DNA from: an uncultured Candidatus Saccharibacteria bacterium
Lineage (GTDB): Bacteria; Patescibacteriota; Minisyncoccia; Minisyncoccales; UBA5738
Direction of reading: 5' to 3'
DNA: 64,000 nucleotides
NCBI GenBank assembly: GCA_964623335.1
Contig: CAZUST010000003.1
Coordinates: forward strand, 869-64,868
The notes beneath the pieces are model-generated. The model was not told the origin of the DNA and made no database searches. It saw only the letters and a program-made list of their open reading frames with translations. Positions 45,023-54,922 of this stretch are shown here, piece after piece (the stretch's first letter is position 1; each line of letters opens with the position of its first letter). The position numbers were made by a program, and so were the translations under genes.

Positions 45023-45805
45023 TTATTCACCATTATCGTCCGGTTCCGATTCTTCAGGCGCCTTGGTTAAAATATGACAACCATCGGCTAATACTGCCAG
45101 GGTATGTTCGCTATGCGCGGCCCAGCTGCCATCCTTGATCTTATAAGTTTGCTTGTTGGCGGCCAGACAGATCTCGACATTGCCGGCGGTGATCATCGGC
45201 TCGATACAGAAGACCATCCCCGCTTTAATGACCGGTCCCCGATGCCGGCGTCCATAATTGAAGATTGGCGGATCCTCGTGCAGGCTACGACCGATGCCAT
45301 GGCCGCACAGATTACGCACCACATGAAATCCTTGACTTTCAACGTAGCGTTCAATGGTTTCGCCCACATCGCCAAAAGTATTTCCCGCCCGGGCTTTTTT
45401 AATCCCGTATTTGAGTGCTTTTTTGGCGACTTTCATCAAGCGACGCATTTCGGGCGGAACATTGCCAACCGCAACAGTAGAAGCCATGTCGGTATGAAAT
45501 CCTTTATAGACCATGCCGATATCGAGACTTACCAAATCGCCGTCCCTGACCACTCTTCGGGCTGACGGAACGCCGTGAACCACTTCTTCATTGATTGAAA
45601 TGCAACTTACCGCCGGAAAACCGCCCTCACCCAAAAACGAGGGCTTGGCGCCACACTTAGAAATAAGTTTAGCGGCCAAGGCGTCAATTTCTTTGGTGGT
45701 CGCGCCCGGAACCGTGGCCGTTTCCATTTCCTTGAGAATGGACGCCAAAATCCGGCCGCCTTCGGCCATTATTTCGATCTCTTCGGGTGTTTTAAGAATA
45801 ATCAT
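45023..45805 (-). CDS. map: Methionine aminopeptidase type I
   Basis: MIILKTPEEIEIMAEGGRILA... plus metal ligands (D, D, H, E, E). The ORF-track start at 45946 would overlap adk. The internal ATG at 45805 gives a canonical N-terminus. Confidence 0.85.
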   Translation of the reverse strand: MIILKTPEEIEIMAEGGRILASILKEMETATVPGATTKEIDALAAKLISKCGAKPSFLGEGGFPAVSCISINEEVVHGVPSARRVVRDGDLVSLDIGMVYKGFHTDMASTVAVGNVPPEMRRLMKVAKKALKYGIKKARAGNTFGDVGETIERYVESQGFHVVRNLCGHGIGRSLHEDPPIFNYGRRHRGPVIKAGMVFCIEPMITAGNVEICLAANKQTYKIKDGSWAAHSEHTLAVLADGCHILTKAPEESEPDDNGE

Positions 45806-45863
45806 GTTTAAAACTTTCGTGTTTAGAAAACTGCCCCCGCAGAAGCGGGGGCGGTGCGAGTTC

Positions 45864-46643
45864 CTAGATTTCGTAAACTTTGAAACTTGGCCCCAGTGCC
45901 GCAAGGATTTCGCTAAACACGTTTTCAACGTATTGATTGGCGTCAATTTTTATGATGTTGAATCCGTTATCGCGATAGAACTTTTCCAGCGGCGCGGTGG
46001 TTTGCTCGTATTCTTCCAGACGCAACTTGATGGTTTCCACGTTGTCCAGATCCCGGTGCATCAAGCGCGAACCGTCCAATGGGCAGCGTTTCAGATTGGC
46101 ATTTTCAGGAATATAGAGTATCGAATGGCGCATCAATTCACAGATACGGCGATTGGAATTGCGGAAAATCGTTTGCTCCTCGGGCAAATTAAGGAAGAAA
46201 ATACTGATATTTTCCTTGCCATAAAGCTCTTCCAAAAGCGGAATCTCAATCTCGGCTTCCGGCATCGAACGGGGCGATCCGGACAGAATGAGTGATTTTC
46301 CCAAACTGTGAATTTCATTGATCCGTTTGTTCATCAGCGACGCCGTAAATTCAACCGAGCATAAGACGCCTTTGCGGCGCTTGGCCGCTTCTTCCTCAAC
46401 GGAAAATCGCAAGCCGCCCAGTTCAACCATTTCTCCCGGCTTGGCATTTTTGAACTTTTCTTCAAGTACGCGGCTCGTATCCAGATTGTAAAAATAAAAT
46501 TTCGAAGCCAGTAATTCCGACTGCGTACCTTTGCCCGCGCCCGGAGGCCCGAAAAGTAAAATTACTTTTTGGATGTGATTGCCGTTAATGTTTTTCAATG
46601 TGACAGAAGCCGAATCGGCAGGACCGGTATTAAAAAGTTTCAT
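45864..46643 (-). CDS. adk: Adenylate kinase
   Basis: P-loop GPPGAGKGTQ. The canonical start MKLF... is an internal ATG, and the track start at 46697 would overlap secY. Start coordinate is accurate to about 2 nt. Confidence 0.85.
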   Translation of the reverse strand: MKLFNTGPADSASVTLKNINGNHIQKVILLFGPPGAGKGTQSELLASKFYFYNLDTSRVLEEKFKNAKPGEMVELGGLRFSVEEEAAKRRKGVLCSVEFTASLMNKRINEIHSLGKSLILSGSPRSMPEAEIEIPLLEELYGKENISIFFLNLPEEQTIFRNSNRRICELMRHSILYIPENANLKRCPLDGSRLMHRDLDNVETIKLRLEEYEQTTAPLEKFYRDNGFNIIKIDANQYVENVFSEILAALGPSFKVYEI

Positions 46644-47913
46644 ATTCGCGCATTTGAAGCTGCGCCTTGATCTGGCGCATAGTCTCAAGAACGACACTGA
46701 CAGCGATCAGCAGTGAAGTACCACCGACCAGGAAAGAGAACACCTGCACCTCGGTCAGGGACCCGATAATTTGAGGCATAATGGCGATCAGCCCCAAGAA
46801 TATCGCACCCACGAGCAAAATGCGGTTTAGAATATAATACAAATAGTTAGCGGTCGGAGTACCGGGACGAATACCCGGAATGAAGCCGCCCATCTTTTGC
46901 AAATTGGTGGAAATCTGCTTAGGATCAAACGTTACCGCGGTGTAAAAATAGGTGAACAGTACCACCAGAATAAAATAGGTTACCAAGTAGAACGCACCAC
47001 TACTGTCAAACAGCTTGACGGTTGCCGCCGCCGCCGCGCCTACCCATCCGGGCTGACCCTGCAAGAAACTGCCGATCATCGAAGGAAAAAGCAAGATCGA
47101 AAGCGCGAAGATGATCGGGATTACGCCAGCAGGATTAATATTAAGCGGCAAATAAGTTGACGCGCCGCCAACGGTTTTCATGCCTCTTACGCGCTTGGCG
47201 TAAGTTACCGGAATATTGCGGCGCGCTTCATTGATCAGAACCACCGCCGCGATCATCACTATTGACATCAGAAAGAATGCCGCGTAACCGGGAATCTGCG
47301 AAGCATCGGTATAGCTCGAGACCATTTGCTGGATATTTTTCGGGAAGTCCGCAATAATACCGGCGAAGATGAGCAACGACACCCCATTACCAATCCCTTT
47401 TTCCGTGATCAATTCCCCCATCCACATCAACAGCATCGATCCGGCAGTGATCGTTAAAAGCGAAGCAATCATCTGCAACGGCGAATCAAAACCGATCACC
47501 CCTTGGCGCTGGAACAACACCAGCATCGCGTAACCCTGCAATAAGGCCAACGGTACCGTAGCGATGCGCGCGTATTGGTTGAACTTCATTCTTCCGGCTT
47601 CACCCTCTTCTTTATACAAGCGCTCCAAAGACGGGAAAATCATCGTCAACAGTTGCAGGATGATGATGGCCGTGATGTAAGGCCCAAGGCCAAGCATCGC
47701 GACCGACAGGCGGTCCATCGAGCCGCCGGTAAACGCGCCCAGCAACTGGAAAATCTGGAAATTATTGAAAAAATTCTTTAGGCTTGCCGAATCAATCCCG
47801 GGAATCGGGGTATTGCACATCAAACGGTAAATAACGAACATGCCAAGTACAAACAGGATCTTATTACGCAGATCCTTAATCTTGAAGGTTTGGGCTATTG
47901 TTTGGTACCACAT
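46630..47913 (-). CDS. secY: Preprotein translocase SecY
   Basis: Ten TM helices with SecY sequence throughout. The track starts at a TTG (47928); an ATG (MWYQ...) lies 5 codons in. Confidence 0.9.
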   Translation of the reverse strand: MWYQTIAQTFKIKDLRNKILFVLGMFVIYRLMCNTPIPGIDSASLKNFFNNFQIFQLLGAFTGGSMDRLSVAMLGLGPYITAIIILQLLTMIFPSLERLYKEEGEAGRMKFNQYARIATVPLALLQGYAMLVLFQRQGVIGFDSPLQMIASLLTITAGSMLLMWMGELITEKGIGNGVSLLIFAGIIADFPKNIQQMVSSYTDASQIPGYAAFFLMSIVMIAAVVLINEARRNIPVTYAKRVRGMKTVGGASTYLPLNINPAGVIPIIFALSILLFPSMIGSFLQGQPGWVGAAAAATVKLFDSSGAFYLVTYFILVVLFTYFYTAVTFDPKQISTNLQKMGGFIPGIRPGTPTANYLYYILNRILLVGAIFLGLIAIMPQIIGSLTEVQVFSFLVGGTSLLIAVSVVLETMRQIKAQLQMREYETF

Positions 47914-47999
47914 TGCCGAAAATCTCAAATATCAAATTTTGAATGCCAAATTGAAATGCACGCATTCCCTTTTGGCATTCGATATTCGAAATTAGGTAT

Positions 48000-48431
48000 T
48001 TACTTGATCTTTCCTCCCGCTTTCTCAATCTTTTCCTTGGCGGTCGCGGAAACTTGGCAACCGACCACATTCAATTTTTTGGTGATGTTGCCCGTGCCCA
48101 GAATCTTTACCTGCGGGCATTTGCCCGAAACGCGGCGAACCAAATTTTTTGCCGCGAGAGCACGCGGATTGACCGTCTGGCCGTTCTCGAATCCGGCTTC
48201 AAGGTACTTGATGTCAACCACCTCGGCTTTCACTTTCGCCCGGTGATTTTTATAACCGCGCAACTTGGGGTAGCGTTTCAAAACTTCGCGAATGATCGGC
48301 CGAAAATTGCGGCCGGACCGCGCGGTCTGTCCTTTGCCGCCGTGGCCTGAAAAAGTGCCGCGCTTGCCGCCGCGCCCCACTCTTTTTTTAGTCTTGGCGG
48401 TCGCGCCAATTTTAATTTGATGTGTCTGCAT
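48000..48431 (-). CDS. rplO: Ribosomal protein L15
   Basis: ...KKRVGRGGKRGTFSGHGGKGQ... Confidence 0.9.
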   Translation of the reverse strand: MQTHQIKIGATAKTKKRVGRGGKRGTFSGHGGKGQTARSGRNFRPIIREVLKRYPKLRGYKNHRAKVKAEVVDIKYLEAGFENGQTVNPRALAAKNLVRRVSGKCPQVKILGTGNITKKLNVVGCQVSATAKEKIEKAGGKIK

Positions 48432-48440
48432 GATATTGCT

Positions 48441-49163
48441 TTACTTTGCTGCCGAAGCGGTTTGGCTAACTTTAGGCTCAACCACCGTGATTTGCGGCTT
48501 TTTGATCGACTGCTCTTTCAAATATTCAAATGCTTTCATCGTGGCACGCGCGTTATTGAGTTTGTTCTTGGTCGTACCCAGCATTTTGGATGAAATATCC
48601 TTGATGCCCGCCAGCTGGCAAATCAATCGCACCACGCCGCCGGCCATCAGGCCACGTCCCTTTCTCTGGGGCTTGATCATTATCCGAGCCGGACCAACTT
48701 TGGCAATTGTTTCATGAGAAATGGTTCCATTGACCACGGGGACGATAAGCATATTTTTCTTGGACAAGATGGTCGCTTTTTCCACCGCCTGAGCCACATC
48801 CAAACCGGACGCTACGCCCAAGCCAACTTTCCCCGCCTTATTACCGCTAATCACGATCGCGCGGAAACGCAAACGCCGGCCGCCGGCCCGAGTATGGGAA
48901 ACGCGCGACAAATCCAAAAGCTTGGAATCCATGTCGTCCTTGGAACGATCTCGGTCGTCGCGTTTGCCAAAACCGCCACGCCGCTGCCCCCCGCCGAAGC
49001 GACTGCCGGTACCGGGCCTTCCCGCGCCGCCTCTCCGATCTTGCCCATAAGGCGAAAAACCGCGATTCGCTCTGGGGGTTCCCGATTCCGCCACAACCGG
49101 TTTTGCCGCCGGAGCGGCCGAACCCGCGGTTTGTTGTTTAGTTGTTTCTTGTGATGCGTCCAT
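48441..49163 (-). CDS. rpsE: Ribosomal protein S5 (Arg/Gly-rich N-terminal extension; alternative internal start possible)
   Basis: S5 core ...RAGGRRLRFRAIVISGNKAGKVGLG.... The gene is adjacent to rplO, with no L30 gene between them. Confidence 0.9.
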   Translation of the reverse strand: MDASQETTKQQTAGSAAPAAKPVVAESGTPRANRGFSPYGQDRRGGAGRPGTGSRFGGGQRRGGFGKRDDRDRSKDDMDSKLLDLSRVSHTRAGGRRLRFRAIVISGNKAGKVGLGVASGLDVAQAVEKATILSKKNMLIVPVVNGTISHETIAKVGPARIMIKPQRKGRGLMAGGVVRLICQLAGIKDISSKMLGTTKNKLNNARATMKAFEYLKEQSIKKPQITVVEPKVSQTASAAK

Positions 49164-49183
49164 TGTTTTTTCTAGTATGTCTA

Positions 49184-49350
49184 AATCAAAAATATATTTT
49201 CAATATGTGTTTCGCTCCGCGACTGGCGACCTTGGCGGAGCGGATGCCGCTAACGCGGTATCAAGGATGTCTCTTTACAAGAGTGCTCGCGCAGTATCTA
49301 AGAAATTATCACTCATCGGTTTCAAAGGTTTATTCCAATATCCGCCTTCG
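49184..49350. repeat. Composite family 3 element, copy 2, with the AT box at its 5' end, inside the ribosomal operon
   Basis: AAAATATATTTTCAATATGTGTTTCG box, a CTCCGC...GCGGAG hairpin, then a region homologous to 35640-35778 ending TATCCGccttCGGATA. Confidence 0.55.
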
Positions 49351-49359
49351 GATAAATAC

Positions 49360-49749
49360 TTAAAATTCCAAGCCTCCTTTGCGCGCCCCCTCGGCAAGAC
49401 TCTTTACCCTTCCATGATAACGGTAGCCGGCGCGGTCAAAAACAATTTGCTTGGTTTTCAGCCCCTGAGCCTTATTGGCAATTTCCATGCCAACCGCGAA
49501 CGCACGCGCCTGCTTGCCGGACAGTTCCCCCTTTTTGGCTTCAATCTTGGTTTTGGCTATTTTTTTATCATCGCAAACCGCCAAGGTTACCCCCTTTTGG
49601 TCATCAATCAATTGCGCCGAAATATGGCTATTCGAGCGAAAAACACACAAGCGGGGTCTGGCCGCGGTACCGGAAATCGTTGCCCGTACCCGACGCTGCC
49701 GTTTAGCTTTCTGTTCCAATTTATGTTTGATTTGGGTTCTGATGCTCAT
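49360..49749 (-). CDS. rplR: Ribosomal protein L18
   Basis: L18 sequence. Confidence 0.9.
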   Translation of the reverse strand: MSIRTQIKHKLEQKAKRQRRVRATISGTAARPRLCVFRSNSHISAQLIDDQKGVTLAVCDDKKIAKTKIEAKKGELSGKQARAFAVGMEIANKAQGLKTKQIVFDRAGYRYHGRVKSLAEGARKGGLEF

Positions 49750-49774
49750 GGAATTATTTAACTAGATTCGCAAA

Positions 49775-50317
49775 CTACTTGGCGGCGGCGGCTTTCTTGC
49801 CCACCTTCTTGCGCACAATCTCGCCGACATAACGAATCCCTTTCCCTTTGTAGGGTTCCGGCGGACGGACGCGGCGAATTTGAGCCGCCAACTTGGTTAC
49901 CAGTTCCTTGTCGCAACCCATCACGCTAACGATATTTTTTTCAACTTTATAGGTAATTCCGGCAGGCGCTTCAATGATAACCGGATGAGTGAACCCGACA
50001 TTCAACACCAGATTTTTGCCATCTACCGCAGCGCGGTAACCGATACCTTCCACCTGCAACCGGGTTTCGGTTCCCTTGGTCAGGCCATCGATCATATTGG
50101 CGATATGCATGCGCACCGCGCCCCAAAGCGAGCGGGCTTGCTTGCTTTCGTCCTTGGCGGATACCAGCACTTCGTTGCCTTCTTTAACGATGATGACGTT
50201 TGGTCCGAAGTCGCGGTTCAACTCGCCCTTAGGCCCCTTGATCTTTACTTTGCCGCCTTCAATAGTGACATCGACTCCGGCAGGGATTGCAATTGGTTTT
50301 TTTCCTATTCTGCTCAT
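49775..50317 (-). CDS. rplF: Ribosomal protein L6
   Basis: MSRIGKKPIAIPAGV... Confidence 0.9.
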   Translation of the reverse strand: MSRIGKKPIAIPAGVDVTIEGGKVKIKGPKGELNRDFGPNVIIVKEGNEVLVSAKDESKQARSLWGAVRMHIANMIDGLTKGTETRLQVEGIGYRAAVDGKNLVLNVGFTHPVIIEAPAGITYKVEKNIVSVMGCDKELVTKLAAQIRRVRPPEPYKGKGIRYVGEIVRKKVGKKAAAAK

Positions 50318-50330
50318 ATATATTGATTAT

Positions 50331-50735
50331 CTACCAAATTTCGCACATCATTTCGCCGCCGACTTTTGCTTTTTTGGCCTCGTATCCGGTCATTAATCCT
50401 TTGGAAGTTGAAATGATGGCAATCCCCTGACCCTGCTTGACCTTTTGGATGCCCGCCGCGGGAATATATATTCTTTGTCCGGGCGTGGAAATTTTTTTAA
50501 ATCCGGAAATCGCAGGCAAATTTTGGGTATATTTCAAAACTATTTCAAGATACGGCCGCACCTTATCATTCTTTTTTGCTTTCTTATTCTTTTTCTCCAC
50601 GTTCAATACGAATCCTTTGCGTTCCAGGATTTTGGCGACTTCGTACTTAAGGTGTGAATACGGCACCATTACCGCCGGTTTTTGCACGGCTTCGGCGTTA
50701 CGTATCACGGTTAACATGTTTGCGACTGTGTCCAT
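50331..50735 (-). CDS. rpsH: Ribosomal protein S8
   Basis: MDTVANMLTVIRNA... Confidence 0.9.
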   Translation of the reverse strand: MDTVANMLTVIRNAEAVQKPAVMVPYSHLKYEVAKILERKGFVLNVEKKNKKAKKNDKVRPYLEIVLKYTQNLPAISGFKKISTPGQRIYIPAAGIQKVKQGQGIAIISTSKGLMTGYEAKKAKVGGEMMCEIW

Positions 50736-50759
50736 AGTTTTAGCTTTGATTCTTGGCTT

Positions 50760-50945
50760 TTACCAACTGCTTTTGGTGACGCCCGGTATTAATCCCTTAT
50801 TGGCGGCTTCGCGGAAGCAAATGCGGCACAGACCGAATTTTCTCATAAAGCCATGCTTACGGCCGCATTTAAAGCATCGGCGGACTGCTCGCGATTTGAA
50901 TTTCGGGGTTTTTTTTGATTTGGCGATTTGCGCTTTTGTAGCCAT
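50760..50945 (-). CDS. rpsZ: Ribosomal protein S14 (type Z, zinc-binding, 61 aa)
   Basis: [23 protein letters not shown] Cys4 motif. Confidence 0.9.
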   Translation of the reverse strand: MATKAQIAKSKKTPKFKSRAVRRCFKCGRKHGFMRKFGLCRICFREAANKGLIPGVTKSSW

Positions 50946-50954
50946 GATTAAAAA

Positions 50955-51536
50955 TTAGTGTTTCGCATTGGCAGTTTCCTCGGTCCGAATCGGGAAACCC
51001 ATTTTTTTAAAAAGGGCGATCCCTTCTTCGCGATTGGCCGCGGTCGTTACTGCCGTTATTTCAAAACCGAAAATAAAATTGATCTTTTCCGGGGAAATTT
51101 CCGGGAAAGCGATATGTTCTTTGATCCCGAAAGTCAGATTGCCGTCTTGATCGATGTTCTTGGGATCGATGCCCTGGAAATCGCGCGAACGGGGCAAGGC
51201 TACCGTAATAACGCGTTCGAGAAAATCCCACATCCGCTTGCGGCGCAAAGTAACTTTGGCGCCAATGTTTTGGCCTTCGCGCAATTTGAAACTGGATATC
51301 GAGCGGCGCGCTTTGGTCACGACCGCCTTCTGGCCGCAAATAGATGTTAAATCGCGAACTACCGCGTCCTGAATCTTTTTTTGCTCCTCTTTGCTTTTAC
51401 CCGAAACCATTCGGCCGAAACCGCAATTAACGACAACCTTTTCAATCCGCGGCACTTCCATCTGATTGGCGAATTTAAATTCCCCCATCAATGCCGGCAG
51501 AACCTCTTTTTTGTATTTTTCGTATAAGTGTGCCAT
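50955..51536 (-). CDS. rplE: Ribosomal protein L5
   Basis: L5 sequence. Confidence 0.9.
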   Translation of the reverse strand: MAHLYEKYKKEVLPALMGEFKFANQMEVPRIEKVVVNCGFGRMVSGKSKEEQKKIQDAVVRDLTSICGQKAVVTKARRSISSFKLREGQNIGAKVTLRRKRMWDFLERVITVALPRSRDFQGIDPKNIDQDGNLTFGIKEHIAFPEISPEKINFIFGFEITAVTTAANREEGIALFKKMGFPIRTEETANAKH

Positions 51537-51550
51537 ATCTTTTGCTTTTC

Positions 51551-51874
51551 CTAGATTTCAGCGAGGCATTTCTTGCAGACGCGCACAACTTTTCGTTCTT
51601 TGGAATCACCTTGGGCGATCGTTTTATATCCAACGCGCACCGCCTTACCGCATTTGGGGCAAATCAATTTCACGTTGGACGCGCTGATCGACCGGGGCAA
51701 AGAAATAATCTGGCCGGTTTGTCCCTGTTTTCTGGGTTTCTGGCTTTTTTTGGCGATATTCACGCCTTCAACCACGATACGGCCTTCGCGAGGAAGAGAT
51801 TTTAAAACTTTACCCGTTTTGGCCCGGTCCTTTCCGGAAATTACAAGTACATTATCGCCTTTGATGATTTTCAT
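51551..51874 (-). CDS. rplX: Ribosomal protein L24
   Basis: KOW motif MKIIKGDNVLVISGKDRAKTGKV. Confidence 0.9.
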   Translation of the reverse strand: MKIIKGDNVLVISGKDRAKTGKVLKSLPREGRIVVEGVNIAKKSQKPRKQGQTGQIISLPRSISASNVKLICPKCGKAVRVGYKTIAQGDSKERKVVRVCKKCLAEI

Positions 51875-51883
51875 ATTCCAATA

Positions 51884-52255
51884 TTAGACCAATTCTTCGG
51901 CCAATGCCGCGATTTTATCATAACCTTTTTCCTTGAGCTCTTTGGCGACCGGTCCAAAAATGCGGCCCCCCTTGGGCTCCATGGTTTTGCCTTCCAACAC
52001 TACGCAAGCATTATCGTCAAACCGCACGTACGTGCCGTCGGCGCGCTTGTATTCCTTTCTTTGCCGAATAATAACCACCCTCACTTTCTCATGTTTTTTT
52101 ACCATCTTCCGGGGTTCGGCTTCTTTGACGGCCGCCATCACCACATCCCCCACCGCCGCGTATCTCCTGTCGGTACCGCCAGCCACATGAAAAGTCTGGA
52201 CGATCTTGGCGCCCGTGTTATCCGCGACTTTTAGCATTGTTCGAAGTTGAATCAT
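51884..52255 (-). CDS. rplN: Ribosomal protein L14
   Basis: MIQLRTMLKVADNTGAK... Confidence 0.9.
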   Translation of the reverse strand: MIQLRTMLKVADNTGAKIVQTFHVAGGTDRRYAAVGDVVMAAVKEAEPRKMVKKHEKVRVVIIRQRKEYKRADGTYVRFDDNACVVLEGKTMEPKGGRIFGPVAKELKEKGYDKIAALAEELV

Positions 52256-52344
52256 ATTTCTATTGGAAACGCCTCATCCGGCAATTTATATGTCGAAAAC
52301 AAAACACAATATATATACCACAAAAAATAACAAATTGCAACGGC

Positions 52345-52620
52345 CTACTTTTGCTCGTCCAAGGACGGCATATCTTTGGCGACGGCCGAGGATAGTTTTT
52401 TTACCACTTTGAAGCGCTTGTCGTGCGACAGCGGCCGGCATTCTTCGATAACGACCGTATCGCCTTCATGATATTCCTTGTTCGCGTCGTGGGCTTTGTA
52501 TTTTTTGCTAACCTTGTAGCGCTTATGGTATTTGGGATGTTCTTTCATCCGGTTTACCAGCACCACAACGGTTTTTTCCATTTTGTCGGATACGACTTTT
52601 CCGGTTAATTGATGTTTCAT
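52345..52620 (-). CDS. rpsQ: Ribosomal protein S17
   Basis: S17 OB fold sequence. Confidence 0.9.
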   Translation of the reverse strand: MKHQLTGKVVSDKMEKTVVVLVNRMKEHPKYHKRYKVSKKYKAHDANKEYHEGDTVVIEECRPLSHDKRFKVVKKLSSAVAKDMPSLDEQK

Positions 52621-52631
52621 ATTTATACAAC

Positions 52632-52826
52632 CTATTTATTGATCTCGGACTCGCGCAGTAAAGTGTTAATGCGTGCGATATCGCGCCGCGTCTGGCGGAT
52701 AGCTTTCAGATTTTTTACCTTTCCGCCCTCAAGGTCGAATTTCATTTCAGCAAGCTTGCCAATGCTTTCGGCCAGGAGTTTTTTCAATTCGTCGGTATTT
52801 TTTTGACGCAGTTCCGAGGTTTTCAT
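52632..52826 (-). CDS. rpmC: Ribosomal protein L29
   Basis: MKTSELRQKNTDELKKLL... Confidence 0.85.
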   Translation of the reverse strand: MKTSELRQKNTDELKKLLAESIGKLAEMKFDLEGGKVKNLKAIRQTRRDIARINTLLRESEINK

Positions 52827-52876
52827 GAATTTATATTTACCCGCCGAGGCGGGAAATCAAGCTTTAAAAAAGTTTA

Positions 52877-53314
52877 CTACAATTCCTTTTTCACGAATTT
52901 TGTCTTGATCGGCATTTTATCTCCGGCCTTTTCAAGGGCCTCGCGGGCCAAATCCTCTTTAACACCGTCCAATTCAAACATTATCCGGCCCGGCTTGACC
53001 ACAAACACATAATGATCCACGCCGCCCTTTCCGCCGCCCAGCGGCACTTCTTCGCCTTTACTGGTCACGGGCTTGTCCGGAAAAATGCGGATCCACAATT
53101 TGCCGCCTTTCTTCAAATATCTTAATATCGCGCGGCGTCCGGCTTCAATCTGGCGGGAGGAAATCCATTTTTCTTCCATCGCTTTCAAACCGAAATTACC
53201 GTAATTCAGTTCGGCTCCGCGATACGAAAGCCCTATTCCCCGGCGCCGGCCTTTCTGCCATTTCCGGTGCTTTACTTTTTTTGGCATCAACATACTCGTA
53301 AATTCAACTTTCAA
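52877..53314 (-). CDS. rplP: Ribosomal protein L16
   Basis: [19 protein letters not shown]... Confidence 0.9.
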   Translation of the reverse strand: MKVEFTSMLMPKKVKHRKWQKGRRRGIGLSYRGAELNYGNFGLKAMEEKWISSRQIEAGRRAILRYLKKGGKLWIRIFPDKPVTSKGEEVPLGGGKGGVDHYVFVVKPGRIMFELDGVKEDLAREALEKAGDKMPIKTKFVKKEL

Positions 53315-53382
53315 CTATTAACTTTTGATTTTTAACGAAATTAGGATTCGTTAATGGTTAACAGTTGGGGTCAATAGTTATT

Positions 53383-54045
53383 TTATATTTTTTCGCCTTT
53401 GAATATCCAGACCTTGATCCCGATCACGCCGTAAGTGCAGTGCGCTTCATTCAAAGCGTAGTCGATATCCGCCCGAATGGTCTGGCGCGGCATCCTGCCT
53501 TTGCTTAGCCATGCGGTGCGCGCGATCTCCACGCCATTCAATCTTCCCGCCACTTGAATACGGATCCCCTGCACATCCTTGGATCCCATCGCTTTTTCGA
53601 TTGATTGTTTTAGAACTTTCAAGTAGGGCATGCGCTTTTCGATCTGGGCCGCGATATTTTGGCCGATATACGCCGCTGATGCCCAAGGATTGGTTATTTC
53701 GCGGATCTCGACCCGCAAATCAATACCCTTTTTCTTGTTATTGCTTTCGGACCGCGACCGGCTAATCAATTTTTCCAGCTTCTTGCGCAGCTCTTCAATC
53801 CCCTGCCCTTGGCGCCCGATAATCAAACCGGGCCGCACGCAAGAAATCACGACGCTCATCTTTCCGGGAAACCGCTCGATTTGCACCTCTTCAATACCGA
53901 TACCCGCCAAACGCTTGTGCAGGAATTCGCGGATACGAAAATCCTCTTCCAACAATTCAGGAAATCTTTTTTCGTAATAGCCGCGCGAATACCAGCCCGA
54001 GCTATCTTTTATTCTGAATGATTTAGGGTGAACCTTGTGTGCCAT
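53383..54045 (-). CDS. rpsC: Ribosomal protein S3
   Basis: KH domain plus S3 C-terminal domain. Confidence 0.9.
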   Translation of the reverse strand: MAHKVHPKSFRIKDSSGWYSRGYYEKRFPELLEEDFRIREFLHKRLAGIGIEEVQIERFPGKMSVVISCVRPGLIIGRQGQGIEELRKKLEKLISRSRSESNNKKKGIDLRVEIREITNPWASAAYIGQNIAAQIEKRMPYLKVLKQSIEKAMGSKDVQGIRIQVAGRLNGVEIARTAWLSKGRMPRQTIRADIDYALNEAHCTYGVIGIKVWIFKGEKI

Positions 54046-54112
54046 GGAAATAGTTTATGAATAATCGAGTTTATATTGTTTTAGATGAGTTATCAATCTC
54101 TGCCCAAATTCG

Positions 54113-54529
54113 TTATTTAGCCTTTTTGGCCACCGCTGGCGCAACCGTCTTCACGGCAGTTTTTTTAGCGGGAATTTCTTCTTTGATCTTTCCGGCGGCT
54201 TTCGTTTCCAGCACCAACGTTATATGGGAAGTGCGTTTGGCAATTTTATCGGCACGACCGCGGGATCTCGGAAACACACGTTCCGACATCGGGCCGTCGT
54301 TAACTAATAATTTGGCCACATAATAATCGACCGGATCCGCTTTATACGTATTTTTCACAGTCGCCATTGCGGAACGCAGAAGTTTTAACATCGGAAGACT
54401 GGCCTTTTTCGGAGTAAATCTTAAAATCGCCTCGGCTTCACTGACCGATTTGTTGCGTACAAGGTCGGCCACCAAACGAACTTTCCGGGCCGTGATCTTC
54501 AAATTTTGTAATTTTGCCGTGATTGCCAT
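54113..54529 (-). CDS. rplV: Ribosomal protein L22
   Basis: L22 sequence. Confidence 0.9.
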   Translation of the reverse strand: MAITAKLQNLKITARKVRLVADLVRNKSVSEAEAILRFTPKKASLPMLKLLRSAMATVKNTYKADPVDYYVAKLLVNDGPMSERVFPRSRGRADKIAKRTSHITLVLETKAAGKIKEEIPAKKTAVKTVAPAVAKKAK

Positions 54530-54542
54530 ACAAATCGATTAA

Positions 54543-54851
54543 TTATTTTTTCGCACTGGCAGCGGGAGCAGCCGCGGCAGCTTTGGCCTCCAATTCCTTT
54601 TGCATCTTGCCTCCGTGGCGATGGAACTTGGTCGTCGGGGAAAATTCTCCCAGTTTATGCCCCACCATTTCTTCATTGGGTTTGACCGTAATAAATTCCT
54701 TGCCATTATGGACAGCAAAGGTCAAACCGATCATATCCGGAATAATGGTGCTGCGGCGCGACCAGGTTTTAATAACGGTATTACCGCCTTTCTTGACCTT
54801 TTCGATCAAATTTTCGTCCACAAAAGGACCTTTTTTCAGACTTCTTGCCAT
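54543..54851 (-). CDS. rpsS: Ribosomal protein S19
   Basis: [15 protein letters not shown]... Confidence 0.9.
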   Translation of the reverse strand: MARSLKKGPFVDENLIEKVKKGGNTVIKTWSRRSTIIPDMIGLTFAVHNGKEFITVKPNEEMVGHKLGEFSPTTKFHRHGGKMQKELEAKAAAAAPAASAKK

Positions 54852-54922
54852 AATTTAAATTCAACTTTCAACTATTAACTTTTGACGAAATCTTTTTTTG
54901 TTAATAGTTAACAGTTAATGGT

